DNA of 64,000 nt, from positions 7,752,001 to 7,816,000 of the forward strand of contig CM052816.1 of NCBI GenBank assembly GCA_028534125.1, read 5' to 3'. This DNA comes from Lama glama (lineage: Eukaryota). Under the pieces are notes generated by a model that worked only from the letters and a program-made list of their open reading frames with translations, was not told the DNA's origin and searched no databases. Made by a program: the position numbers and the translations under genes. Shown one piece after another: positions 23,903-37,000 of the stretch. Numbering within the stretch: the stretch's first letter is position 1; every line of letters begins with the position of its first letter.

Positions 23903-24101
23903 CAGAGGTCAGCCACCCGCGGGCTACACCCAGCCCACTGCCTGTTTTACTAGAGAACAGCCACATTCATCCTTTTACATGTTGTGTGTGGCTGTTTATT
24001 GTGCCACCACTTCCGAGCTGAGTGGCTGTGACAGAAACCACATGGCTTCACAGAGACTGAAACATTATCTTGCCCTTTACAGAAAAAGTTTGCTCACCCT
24101 G
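23903..24101. mobile_element. hAT-Charlie MITE (MER58A-like)
   Basis: Ends in ccctttacagaaaaagtttgctcaccctg, characteristic of MER58. Confidence 0.75.
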
Positions 24102-25419
24102 TCCTAACCTTTGCGTGTCTGGATCTCAGTTCACCAAGAGTCCCCAGGTCTCCTAGTTTTTATGTTATTACTCAGAGCCTGTTTGTTTATTGTTGGTTTC
24201 TACTCTTCTGCCCAAACTACCCATGCAAGGGTGTGTGCTTCTGAGGGCACAGCTTGGGCGGCTAACGTGTCTGGTGTGAAATCCACCTTTGCTCCTTATT
24301 AGCCTGTAACTTGGGGAACCTCTCTTTACTTGGATGTAAGAGGGAGATGGTAGTAGCTGTGCCGATTACCCAAGTTAACACACTCGGCTCCGACAGGGAC
24401 AGATGCGATAGGATGGTAAGCAGTTAGCAGTGGGTTTCAGCACTTTCCTTTATAAGAAGCACATGGAGTGTTGGGCATTGCATACCTGACTATGGATCCA
24501 CCCCACAGGCAAAGGAAGCTGGAACTTGCTGGTTCGGCTCTTCCCTGTCTGGGTCTAGCTCCTTCCACAACCGCCCCCTTTTGCACTCACCTCCTCAGGG
24601 CTCCCACTCCCCTTCCTATGCACACCTCACCAGGTGTCCCACACTCTTCTAGCAGGGGCGCACTGGCAGTCCTCCACTGCCCCCATTTTTGCCTCAGGCT
24701 CCCAAAGGGAGGGCCGGCCGAGAGCAACTGAGGATGGAATGGGGTCAGCGATTAGCGACCAGTTAGCTTGTGCCAGTGAGGATCAGCCCCTGGACCCCGC
24801 GGGGCGTGGAAGTGTGGATCGTCAGCTTGGAGGGCCCTCCTTGAACCTGATGTGCCAGTTTCCTGCAGCCTCTGCATTTTGCTGCGCAACGTGAGCAGCC
24901 AACAGCAATCCTCCAACTGCTCGGCTTTCTCTGGAGCGTCCACCTCAGCCTAAACCACGGCTCCTGGCCGCTTTTAATAATCGTCTCTTACCGATTGTGA
25001 CCATCATACACTCCTATGTCCTCATCCGCCAACAACTTCCCTTTCAGGGCAGGGCAGCTGTCCTTCCCCCACTCCCAGCGTGGCCCTGCTGCAGACCCGG
25101 CGACCCAGAGACCCTGCAGTGGAACATGTGACCCTCAGCCAGTTCTTCCAAGGCTCTGGAAGAAGGGCGATATGAATGGAACTTGCCATATGTGCCACAT
25201 TCAACATTTAGGTCCTCCACAAGAAGTAGGCTTATTGCCAGTCACACGCCACTCAGTAAGGTCAGGGTTAGTGAAGTGAATACAGAGCTGGAAGCTGAGG
25301 AGGAACACCATGGGGGCATGGGGCAGGAGGCTAAAGTTGTGCAGGGTTGCCAGAAATTACCCCTTACACAGGCTGGAGGATGCACTGTGGATGGAGTCAG
25401 CTGGCATCAAGCCACAGAG

Positions 25420-26160
25420 AGCTTTTAAAGGCCAGAGGGTGCCACGGAAGAAGTTTAAAGCAAGGCTGCAAAAAATGACATTTGTGTTTTAGGAAAAGGG
25501 TTCCAGTAGCTTCTTGGAAAATGGTTTTAAGAGGAACATCTGTGGAATCTGACCAGTTAGGAGGCTTTGCAACAGTCTGGGCAAGAGATAGTGACCCGAT
25601 TTGGGATGGTAATTGTTGAGAAATGAAAGAGATGAGGTGCCAGATTCAAGAATCATGAAGGGATTAAATCAACAAGACATGGTGATGGTTAGACAGGGTG
25701 ATGAGAACATGGATCTTGGGGCTTGGGCTCTTGGAAGATGGTATTACTACCAACTGAGATAGTGGGGAAGAACAGGTTTGTGGGGCAAGGATAGTTCATT
25801 TTAGGACATGCTGAGTTGGTACTAAGGGGCGTCACATGGGAGGTTTCCAGTTGTGCAGATGTTTGTCTATGATTCTGAAGCTCTTTAGAGAAGCTGACCT
25901 GGTAGGGTAGGAATTGGGAAGTCCTCAGCACAGAGGCAAGTGAAACTGGGAGATGGATGAGTTCACCAGAGGCAGAGGAAAAGAAATGGAACGCAGGGAG
26001 GAGACAGAAGGAATACTCAAGGAAGTAGGAAGGAAACCAGAGTGCACATTATCTTGGCTGCCAAGGAGGATTTTCTAGTAAGAGGAAGTGACAGCCACAT
26101 CAGACATAGTATGACAGTTCTGATTGTGGAGTCTAAAAAATTGGCCTCAGTTTGGGCAAT
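25420..26160 (-). mobile_element. L2 fragment
   Basis: Purine-rich antisense L2 hallmarks (gttcattttaggacatgctgagtt; ggagatggatgag). Confidence 0.65.
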
Positions 26161-27126
26161 GCCAGTTGCAGTGACCCCAAGCTGACATCACACAGCATCA
26201 TCCAGATGCCAACACCTTTCATTCAAATGGGTCTCATTAGGTAATCACCCACAGTCATTCTCATGTCCCCGTCTTCTCCTTCAAAGGTTAGATCATTTAT
26301 TTGTATGGTGCCCTGGCTGACACTGAAATTATGGATGCATAGTGAGTGTGTTCCATATTCTTAACTCAGTGCCCTTTCTATCTGCCACTGTCACCTCAGA
26401 GTCAGCCAGGGTCAGTGCAGGGGTAGATGTAGGCATCCAGGAATGAAAATGGATTTTCTCACTGTGGGGTTTACCTCCCAGCATTTGAGACCATCTTTGT
26501 TTGCCCTTCATCTCTGGGTAAGGCCTGTGCCCACCTCAGCACTGTGAAGCAATGCTGGTTATTACTGGGGGTGGTGCCTGTGCCTCTGCCCCTTTACTTA
26601 CCTCTGGTCCTCTGTCTCCCTGATGCTTGCACACACACCGATGAGCGTCTGGTGTGTGCAAAGGTTTTGATGCCTCTGTATCTAGGGACGCAGCTGTGTA
26701 CAACAGATGGGAGATGCTCGATTGCACAAAGACCCTGGCGAAGTGGGATGGCCTAGGATTCAGAACATAGAGTAAGGACTAAAGAAGACCTTTCTTCTCT
26801 GATGCAGGAGGAAAGGTTGATGTAGACAGAAATAATTTGGAGGTAACAAGGGAGAAAACATTCATCTAAATGTCCTCCATTTGTTCTAGACACAAGAATT
26901 CTTACCCTGGGATCCATAAGGCCCTTGGCAGTCTGTGGATAGAATTCAGGAGTCCAAAAAATTACATTTTTCTCTTTTCGGCATAAATATAAATTATTTA
27001 ACAAACACTTACATAATGCTATGTTCTGGTTACTGTTCTATATCCTTTAAAGCATTGTCTTTAATCTTCAAAACGAATCTGCGATGTTGGTAACTACTGT
27101 TGTCTCTTTTTTACGTAAGAGGGAAA

Positions 27127-27655
27127 TGTATTAGTTATCTATTGCTGCATGGCAAATTATCCCAAAACTTACCAGCTTTAGACAATACACATTTATCATC
27201 TCATAGTTTTGGGGCTCAGGAATTTGGGCATGTCCTCTGCCTCAGTCTCTCATAGGGCTGCAATCAAAATGTTAGCCAGTTTCAAGGGCTCATCTGAAGA
27301 TTTGATTGGAAAAGGATCTGCTTCCAAGCTCACGTGTGTTTTTTGGATTTGGTTCCTCAAGGGCTGTTGGACTGTGGGCCTCCGTTCTTTGCTGTCTGTT
27401 GGCTGGCTTCCACCCTCAGTTACTTGCCACATGGGCCTCTTCAACTTGTCAACTTGCTCCATCAAAGCCAGAAAGAACAGCAAGTTTGCCAGCAAGATAA
27501 AAGTCACAAAGTTTTGGAACCTAGCAGAAGTGATACCTTCTCATCATTACTTCTATTGGTTAGAAGCAAGTTACTCAGAAGGGTGGGATTATATAAGACT
27601 GTGACTAGAAGGAGGCAGTGATTGCTGGGGGCTGTCTTAGAGCCTGCCTACCACA
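27127..27655 (-). mobile_element. ERVL-MaLR LTR (MLT1-type) inserted in a MIR
   Basis: tgtattagttatctattgctgc...ctgcctaccaca, with MIR halves on both sides. Confidence 0.75.
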
Positions 27656-27869
27656 GGGACAGAGGCCCAGAGGGGACTATTACTACCCAAGGTCACACAA
27701 TTAGGGGCAGTGTCGGGATTCCAAATTGAACAAACAGTGCAGTTCCAGGATCTACGTTCCCCTTGCACTTTGTCCCTCCTTGTGATGTAAGTTAGATGTA
27801 CCAGTGTGCGCATAGACTTTTCTGTAAGGTCACAGAGTTTGTGGATGAATATTTCCTGAGAGGAAAGAG

Positions 27870-28470
27870 TGAATAAGATATTAACCCCTTATCAGATATA
27901 TGATTTGCAGATATTTTCTTCCATTCATAGGCTGCCTTTTCATTTTGCTAACGGTTTCTTTTGCTGTGCAGAAGCCTTTTCCTTTGCTGTAGCCCCACTT
28001 GTTTATTTTTGCTTTTGGTGTCAAATCAAAAAAATCATCTCCAAGACCAATGTCAAGGAACTTATTACCTCTATTTTCTCCTAGGAGTTTTATGCTTTCA
28101 GGCCTTACATTCAAGTCTTTAATTCATTTTGAGTTAATTTTTGTGCATGGTGTAAGATGGTGGTCCAGTTTCATTCTTTTGCATGTGGCTGTCCAGTTTT
28201 CCCAGCATTATTTATTGAAGGGACTGTCCTATTGCCATTGTATATTCTTGCCTTCCTTGTCGTAAGTTGATTGACCATATATGTGTGGGTTTTTTTTTTT
28301 TCTGGGCTCTCTATTCTGTTCCACTGATCTGTGTCTGTTTTTATCCCAGTACTAATACTATTGTGATTGCTATAGCTTTGTAATTTAGTTGGAAAGCAGA
28401 GATCATGATGCTGCCAGTTTTGTTCTTAAGATTGCTTTGGCTATTCTGGATCTTTTAGGGTTCCATACAT
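27870..28470 (-). mobile_element. L1 ORF2 fragment
   Basis: NVRPESIKLLGENRGNKFLDIGLGDDFFDLTPKAKINKW. Confidence 0.85.
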
Positions 28471-29995
28471 GGGGAAGTGAGGCTCCTCAATGTGACAGTC
28501 AAAAGGCCAGTGAACAGCAGAGCCAGGACTGGAATCTGCCACCCTGGGGCAGAGCTCTCCGACCTTCCACTCAGGGCTCCGGGAGAAGCAGGACAGACTC
28601 TGGGTGAAATAAGACCCAAAACTGTGCCCTCACTCCCCAGACCTCCCTGGAGGTCCCTTTAAAAGTTGGCTGAAACTTAGCAGCAGAGAGAGGGGCAGGG
28701 GAAATAGAGGAGTGAAGAAAGGACAGAGATCCAAGAGTGGGGAAGGGGGAGAAAATGGAGCAAAGGGGAAAACAGAGGGGATGTGAAAGTGTGAGTTGGG
28801 AGGACAGAGAAGGGGCGGTGCCAGAAGCCAGATCTCAGGTCCAAACAGCATTGCTCAGAGCCCTGCACATGACACCCAGTGGTCACTCTGTGCCCTCCAT
28901 CTCTAAAGCTAACTTCGGTCTGAGCAATTCTGACTTCGCTCTCTCCAGCCAGATGGGTTGTAGAGAGCTATGTAAAGTCTCCATTGGTTTAGCATCAGTG
29001 TCTTTGTCAAGCTCTCTCTCTTTTTTTTAATCACATTTGGTTAACAAAAGACAATCATTGTGTCCTGTCCTCAACATTTTACATCATCCAACTCACCCGT
29101 AGTTATATCCCTCTCTGCGAGGTTACCTGAGTCAAGACATAGAGACACATTCCAATCTTCTAAGACTGCTCAAAGCCTGCTTTGTGTCTTAAATCAGGAT
29201 AAGCCAGTGCTCTGGAGAAAACACACATGCTGCTGAGTCCTCTTCCTCTCCCAAGTTGGTCATCCTTGCACCCTGTGGGTGCAGTGTCTCCAGCAGTGAA
29301 GGTGATGAGTTCTCCCACACTGGGATCCACATGAACCCATTCCTGCTACAGAAATTTCCAGACAGGCTAGGGAAAATGACATTACCCACCTCAGCAGCTG
29401 ACTTGGTGAGGATTAGCATCAGAGACTCAAACACCATGGAAACTCAGAGTCACGGAGCCACCGAACCTAAGCTGGGGACTACAGTTCACCTGACAGAATG
29501 TCTCACCTTTACTTCAAGACAGAAAGACATCTTTTCCCAATCAGGGGAAGGGATATATTGCTGACTTAGTGAAAATCACTGTGTTATCCCACAACAGAGA
29601 TTCAACGGCTGCTGATATTTAGGCTGAAATAATGATACATTCCTAGTGAACTAAACTTTCTACAATTCTAAACTGCTCCTACATAAACCTAGCTATTCTT
29701 TAATCTATAAAGTTTGCTTCAACTAATTTTAGTATAGCCACCCAAGCTTTCCTTTTCTTAGATTTTATATGGGATTTTTTTCCCCTTGACTTTTTAAACT
29801 TAAGGTTTTAGTTTGTTTTATTTTTAAGTTATGTCTCACATAAGGATCATGTAGTTGAGTATCTTATTCAGCTAACCATCTTTACTTGTAGTTAGTACAG
29901 TCTAAGTACAGTGCTTACACTCAGTGGAATCAATGATTTAGCTCCATCATCTCAATATTTGTTTCCTATTTCACTTTTCTGTTGTGTGGGTACAC

Positions 29996-30455
29996 TTAAT
30001 TTTTTTAATTGAAGTATAGTCAGTTACAAGTGTCAGTTTCTGGTGTACAGCATAGTGATTCAGTTATACACATTATATATTCCTTTTCATGTTCTTTTTC
30101 ATTAGAGACTTACTACAAGATATTGAATATAGTTCCCTGTGCTGTACAGAAGAAATTAGTTTTCTAAATTTATTTTTATATATAGTTGCAAATCTCAAAC
30201 TCCCAAATTTATCCCTTCCCACCCCCTTTCCCCTGGTAACTATAAGATTGTTTACTATGTCTGTGAGTCTGTTTCTGTTTTGTAGATGAGTTCATTAGTG
30301 TTCTCTTTTTTCTTAGATTCCATATGTGAATGATATCATATGTTATTTTTCTTTCTCTTTCTGTCTTACTTCACTTAGAATGACACTCTCCAGGTCCATC
30401 CATGTTGCTGCAAATGGCATTATTTTATTCTTTTTTATGGCTGAGTAGTATTCCA
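29996..30455 (-). mobile_element. L1 3' end running into the assembly gap
   Basis: Same 3' UTR family as the L1 at ~11800-12230. Confidence 0.85.
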
Positions 30456-30955
30456 NNNNNNNNNNNNNNNNNNNNNNNNNNNNNNNNNNNNNNNNNNNNN
30501 NNNNNNNNNNNNNNNNNNNNNNNNNNNNNNNNNNNNNNNNNNNNNNNNNNNNNNNNNNNNNNNNNNNNNNNNNNNNNNNNNNNNNNNNNNNNNNNNNNNN
30601 NNNNNNNNNNNNNNNNNNNNNNNNNNNNNNNNNNNNNNNNNNNNNNNNNNNNNNNNNNNNNNNNNNNNNNNNNNNNNNNNNNNNNNNNNNNNNNNNNNNN
30701 NNNNNNNNNNNNNNNNNNNNNNNNNNNNNNNNNNNNNNNNNNNNNNNNNNNNNNNNNNNNNNNNNNNNNNNNNNNNNNNNNNNNNNNNNNNNNNNNNNNN
30801 NNNNNNNNNNNNNNNNNNNNNNNNNNNNNNNNNNNNNNNNNNNNNNNNNNNNNNNNNNNNNNNNNNNNNNNNNNNNNNNNNNNNNNNNNNNNNNNNNNNN
30901 NNNNNNNNNNNNNNNNNNNNNNNNNNNNNNNNNNNNNNNNNNNNNNNNNNNNNNN
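30456..30955. other. assembly gap (500 N)
   Basis: Run of N. Confidence 1.
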
Positions 30956-31914
30956 TCAGTGGCTCCAGGTTGTCACTCCCGAAGTTCACAACTTCCTTAT
31001 CCAACCAAGGTTTGTAATATTACAGTTTTGAATTCAAAACTGAGGTTATCAGGGAACAAGGAACTTATAGTTCTGACTTCTCACATCCTTTCCATGCCTG
31101 ACTTGCAGGAATTCCCTTTATAGCATCACACACAGCGGTTCACCCCAGCACATTGGAACACCTCCTACTGAAACTGCCCACTGAAATGTTAGGGAGCTCT
31201 GTACTTTAGAGTGCTTCTTTAAACGAAAATATACCCCCAAGTGACCCAAGTCAGCTCTGGTCTCTGGCACCCCAGAGAGCACATGTGCTCTCCTGTCTAG
31301 AATTTGGAAACATTTAAAGACAGCTAGCACTATTTTCCCCATGGTTAATCCTATTATCTTTTCCAGGTAGGAAAGTCCCACGTTTTCTGCTTTTCTCACG
31401 TTTCTGTGTTACTTTCGTTTTCTCTTTGTATTTTGCTCTCATTCCCACATTTTCCAGGTAGCTAGTGCTTGGAGCATGGGCCCTTGGAATCCTGGCACCA
31501 GTGCTTCCTAGTTGTATGTACTTGGGCACATAAACGCTCTTGTCTTCGAGATTTTTTCAACTATGACTTAGGAAAATAATAAAACCTATGACCTCATAGG
31601 TTGGTGGTGAGGGTTAAATAAGACAGTTCATTTCATGAAAAGGAGACCGCACAATGCCTGGCACACAAGAAGTGCTCAGTTTGTGTTAGCTGGAACTAAA
31701 CTGTTTTCTGTAAAATAATACTCAGCTAATAAGCAATCATGGGAATCTTGTGAGAATGTCAGTAAACTGCCTAACACAGCGCCTGCTGCCTAGTAAGCAT
31801 GACACGGGAGGGCCAAAATGCAGGGATGCCTAAGGCCTCAGTGACTCAAGACTAATGAAAACATAAATGAGGGCAAGAGTGGTGGTTTGTTTTTTTCTGT
31901 CTTTGTTTTGTGAG

Positions 31915-33270
31915 ACTATTTTTTAACATGGTTTTATGTTTGAAGCAAAATGAAGAGGAAGGTAGAGAAATTTCTCATAGACTTCCCTACCCCTACACAT
32001 GCATAGTTTTTTCCCCCATTATCAACATTTCCCATCGGGGGCATATTTGTTGCAATTGATGAACTGACATTGAACATCACAGTCACCCCTAAATTCATAG
32101 TTTACATTATGGCATTATGGTTTCATGCTTGGTATTGTACATTTTATGAGTTTAAAGAAATGTGTAACATTTATCCATCATTGTGGTTTTGTACCAAGCA
32201 TTTTCACTGACCTGGAAATCCTCTGTGCTCTGTCTGTGCATCCCTTCCCTGACACCCTTCCCTGGCAAACACTGATTTTTTTTCTTTTTATTGTCTCCAT
32301 AGTTTTGCTTTTCCAGCATGTTATATAATTGGAATAACAGTAAATAGCAAATAGCTCTTTCAGATTGGTTTCTTTCTCTTTATAATATGCATGTAAGTAT
32401 CCCCCATGTCTTTTCATGGCTCATTTCTTCTTATCACTGAATAATATTCCATTGTCTGGATGTACCACGATTTATTTATTCATTCACCTACTGAAGGACA
32501 TCTTGGTTGCTTCCATGTTTTGGCAATTATGAATCAATATGCTATAAACATCCATATGCATGTTTTTGTGTGGATGTGTTTTCAGCTCCTTTGGGTAAAT
32601 CTGAAGGAGCACAGTTGTTGGATTGTATGTTAAAAGTATGTTAATTTTGTAAGAAACTGTCAAATTGTCTTCCAGAGTGGCTGTACCATTTTGCATTTCC
32701 ACCAGTGATGAATGAAAGTTCCTGTTGCTCCACATGCTTGTCAACATTTGTTATTGTCAGTGTTACGGATTTTGGCCATTCTAATAGGTGTGTGGTGGTA
32801 TCTCATTGTTTTAATTTGCATTTCCCTGATGACACATGATGTGGAACATCTTTTCATGCACTTATTTGCCATCTGTATAGCTTTTTTTGGTGAGGTGTCT
32901 GTTCAGGTCTTTGGCCTATTTTTTTAGTTGGATGGTGTATTTCCTTATTGTTGAATTTTAAGGGTTTTTGGGTTTTTTGTATATTTTGAATAACAGTCCT
33001 TTATCAGATGTGCCTTTTGCAAATATTTCTCCCAGTCTGTGGCTTGTCTTTTTATGGACACAGACTATCTCTCCATTTACTTAGTTCTTCTTTAGTTTAT
33101 TCGTCAGAGTTTTATAGTTTTTCTCATACAGATCTTATACACATTTTGTTAGATTTATACTCAGGCATTTCATCTTTCTGAACTCTAATGTAAATGGTAT
33201 TGTGTTTCTAATATCAAATTCCACTTGCTAATCACTTGTATATTGTTTACATAGGAAAGCAATTAATTGG
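31915..33270 (-). mobile_element. old L1 3' region
   Basis: Antisense L1 ORF2 C-terminus and 3' UTR hallmarks. Confidence 0.8.
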
Positions 33271-33699
33271 CAGTCTTAAATTTATATGCGTTCATAAAAT
33301 ATCTTCAAAATATATAAAGCCAACATATTCACAATGGAAGACATAGACAGATTTGCAATTATACTTGGAGATATTAAGCCACCTCTCTCAACAACCGGTA
33401 AAACATGTAGAAACAAATTCAGTAAAAGTATAGAAATATTAAACAACAAGAAAACCAAATTGACCAAAATGTCACATGTAAAGTATAAATTCCCAAAATG
33501 GCAGAATACCCATTTTTCTAAAGTGCACATGAAAAATTTACCAAAAATGATCACATTCTAGTCCATAACACAAGTCATAGTAAGTGTTTAAATTATGCAG
33601 ATCTTATTCTCTGGCCATAGAGTGGAAAGTAAATAATAAAGGTAATAGAAGAAGAAAATCAACAGCTGACCTAGAGGTCTTGTTCCAAAGGGATGATTC

Positions 33700-34065
33700 T
33701 ATCTTAGACCATTCAGGCTACTGTAACAAAAATACCATTAAGTTAAGTGACTTAAAAACAGCAGACGTTTATTTCTTACGGTTCTGGAGGCTAGGAAGTC
33801 CAAGATTAAGGCACTAGAAGGTTTCATGTCTTGTGAGGGCCCACTTCCTTGTTCATAGAGGAGCATCCTCTACTAGCTTCACATGACAGAAAGGGAGAGG
33901 GGGCTCTCTAGGGTCTCTTTCATAAGGACACTAATCCCATTCATGAGGTCCCCATCCTTGTGTCCTAATCACCTCCCAAAGGCCTAACCTCGAAATACCA
34001 TCACACTGGAGATTAAGTTTCAACATAAGAATTTTGGAGGGCACCAAATATTCAGCCTATAGCAT
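33700..34065 (-). mobile_element. ERVL-MaLR LTR (MLT1A-like)
   Basis: Homologous to 18933-19280. Confidence 0.8.
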
Positions 34066-37000
34066 CCTTCCACCTCAAACAACTACAAAACTGGAAAACA
34101 TTATCTGAAACAATGGTTTTAGTACACTGGGCAGTAGGCAGCTCAGGACAGCAATCTCTGAAAGAAGGGAATCAAATGAGGTGAGCCCTGTGATTGCCCC
34201 AGATTACTCCCTGGAGAGAAGCCATGGCACAAGGTAGAGGAACCCAGACAGAACCCAGTGGTCTTGTGAGCTGAACAGTGTTCAGCCTTCAGAGAAGCTG
34301 AGGCAGGTAAAATTTGTGAGACAAAATACTGTAGAATTGGAAGGTGCACAGAAAGAAACTCCAGAGGCCTGCAGTCTCCTTAAGTTTTTGGCTGTGTAAT
34401 GGTCTACACGTGCACATAAGGACACTACCAAAGGCTGGGGAAAGGAGGACTAGGCTCTGCTGCTTCCAAAACTCACACAATGGGGTGAGTTTCCATAAGA
34501 CAGAATGAAAAGACTTCCTAATTCATTAGACGAATTGCAGGGCCAAATTGTCTCCAGACTTAAAGGATGCTCTGAAACTATCCTACAAAAGCTGAAAAGC
34601 AATCCAGTCCCAGAAAAAAAGCCCAGCAATATTTAAAGTGTTATAACAAAATCCAGCATGAAAAATAAAATTCACAGTACCTGGCATACAATCAAGTTAC
34701 CAGACGTGAAAAGAGACAGGAAAATAAACCCTGTATTACCCATATCCAGGAAATAAATTAATCGATAGAAACAGACCCGGAAATGACACAGATGAACAAA
34801 ACAGCAGACGAGGACATAGCTCCTCATCTTGTTCCTGATCTAGGGAGGACTCATTCAGTATCTCTCCATTGACTATGTTGTTATTTGTGAGATTTTCATA
34901 GACTCTATCTTATGGAGGAAGTTACCTTCCAGTCCTCTTTTACCGAGAATTTGTTTCATTTATTTTTCCTTTATTCTGGTAATTTAGTCAATTACATAGG
35001 TTAGTGTTTTGGCCGCTTTTTTAAATGTCAGGGTTATTGGGATAAAATTTACCAAAAGGAAAAGAGAAATGTTTAATCATATAATTCTATCAGTTTTATT
35101 CATAGTTGTGTACCCATAGTCAACATATAAAATATTTACACCCCATGCAATAGGATAGGATAGAGATATATAGACAAAGATATATTTTAAGGAATTGGCT
35201 TACTTCACATATAATATAAAAAACTTAAAACTGCATACTTCCAATTCTTCCCTCCCATCCTTTGTGCTAAATATGACACTGTATTTTTATATGTGTTATA
35301 AACCCCATATCATGTTATCATTTTTCCTACATACAGTTAATTATATTTTTGAACAGCTTTTTAAAAATAGTCTTTTGTATTTACATTTATTTTCACTATT
35401 TCCAGAACGCTTCACTTTTTTTTAATAGATTCTGTCTACTAAAATATTCTTTCTTCCTAAAGAATGTCCTTAACATTTTTGTACCATACTTGCTGCTAAT
35501 GGTGTCTCTCAGCTTTTATTTGTCTCATAGAGTCTTTATTTTACCTTGCAAAGAGTCCTCTCCCTGACTAAAAACCTATGTGTGATTTTTTTTCAGGCCT
35601 GGCCATAGACAGTTACACAGTCTTTGTTGACCTGAAACAAATAGATTGCCAGATATTTCTCCAGCAAAGATGGGTTATTCAGGATCAGCAGAGAATTGCA
35701 GTTCGGGATCTGCTACCGTGGTGAGCCACATGGAAGTCCCACGTGGAGAAGAAGGGGAACGCTTTTATAGAGGAGAAGAGGAAGTTGGAAAGGCTATAGT
35801 TAACAAAGAGTGTCTGGCTTTCCATTGGCTGAGTCCTTGCCAGGAAGGAAGAGCTGTCTCCTTCCTACTGGGCTTTGCAGGTGTTGCTGGGCGTGAGTGC
35901 TTCTCCTCCTGGCCTCCCGGCTCTATTTAATTGAGATTTCTGTTTGTTAATTTTTTATCTGGCTGCCTTCCCCACACCAGGCTTGGCGCACAGCCAGCGC
36001 CCCTCAGTCTGGGAAGGGAAATGCAGTCAATGACGCAGGCTGCCAGGCCGCCCGTGCTCTTTAGTTTATCTGTATCCCTAGTCCAGGTGCCTCTGGAGTC
36101 CTCTTTATTGGAGACTCTTGGCAGAGGCCTTTCTCAGACACTTCTGCTGAAGCCCCTTTGTTGGGAAGAAGGTTGAACCTTGAAGCCATCTTCTCCGCAC
36201 TGACTCAGCACCCAGTAGTTTTCCAAGTCTAACCCTCCCTACGCTCCCTGCCCCTGGCCTCTAGATCCATAAAATTGCAGGAACTCTCTGATCAGGGCTC
36301 CCTCCGTGGGAGACAACCCCCTCCCCTGTGCTAATCCACTTGATCGGTAAGTGATGCGCCATTCCATGAGGCTAAATGGAATGGAGAAATCGGTGCTTGC
36401 TTGTGTTTAGCCTCTTGCTTGTACTGTGACAGTAAGTGATTAAAGACTTGACTGCTCTTTTCATTTTGTCTTGTCTTAATTGGCTCCTCCAGCATCTGGC
36501 AGCTCAGCGCTCTCTCGCTCAGCTGAGCCCCTGACACTTGACTTTGAAAGACATTTTTATTGTGAAGAGAATTCTAGGCAGACAGTTTTGAGAACTTTAA
36601 AGATGTTATACCATTGTCTTCCCGCTTGTCATTTCTAACATGTGTTTCTGTCTTTATTCCTCTAACGTAATGTCTGTTTTTCTGAGTGTCTTCAGGACTT
36701 TCTCTTTACCATTGATTGTCAGCAGTTCAAAAATAATGAGTTTAGATTTGTGGGTGGAGTTGTTGTTTATTTGGTTGGTTATTTGGGGGTTTTGTTGCCT
36801 GTGCTGCTCAGTGTTTATTCTGCCTAGGGTTTTCCAAACATCGACCTTTGCCTTGATAGTTTTCATTGCTTTTGGAAAATTCGTGGTCATTATCTTTACA
36901 AATATTTCTTCTGCTTTGTTCTCTACTTTCTTCTCCCAGTGAGACTTCAGTTATATTTATGTTTGTCTGTTTGTCATAATGAAAAAAACATCTAATGACT

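Noticed and set aside
26443..26518. BTN leader exon (MKMDFLTVGF... ending at gtaagg)
   Set aside because: Poorly hydrophobic, wrong phase, and no downstream Ig exon.
29189..29437. IRG GTPase relic (NLGEEEDSAA resembles GHEEE.SA)
   Set aside because: No P-loop, LWDLPG or other IRG motifs found nearby in the frames I read.
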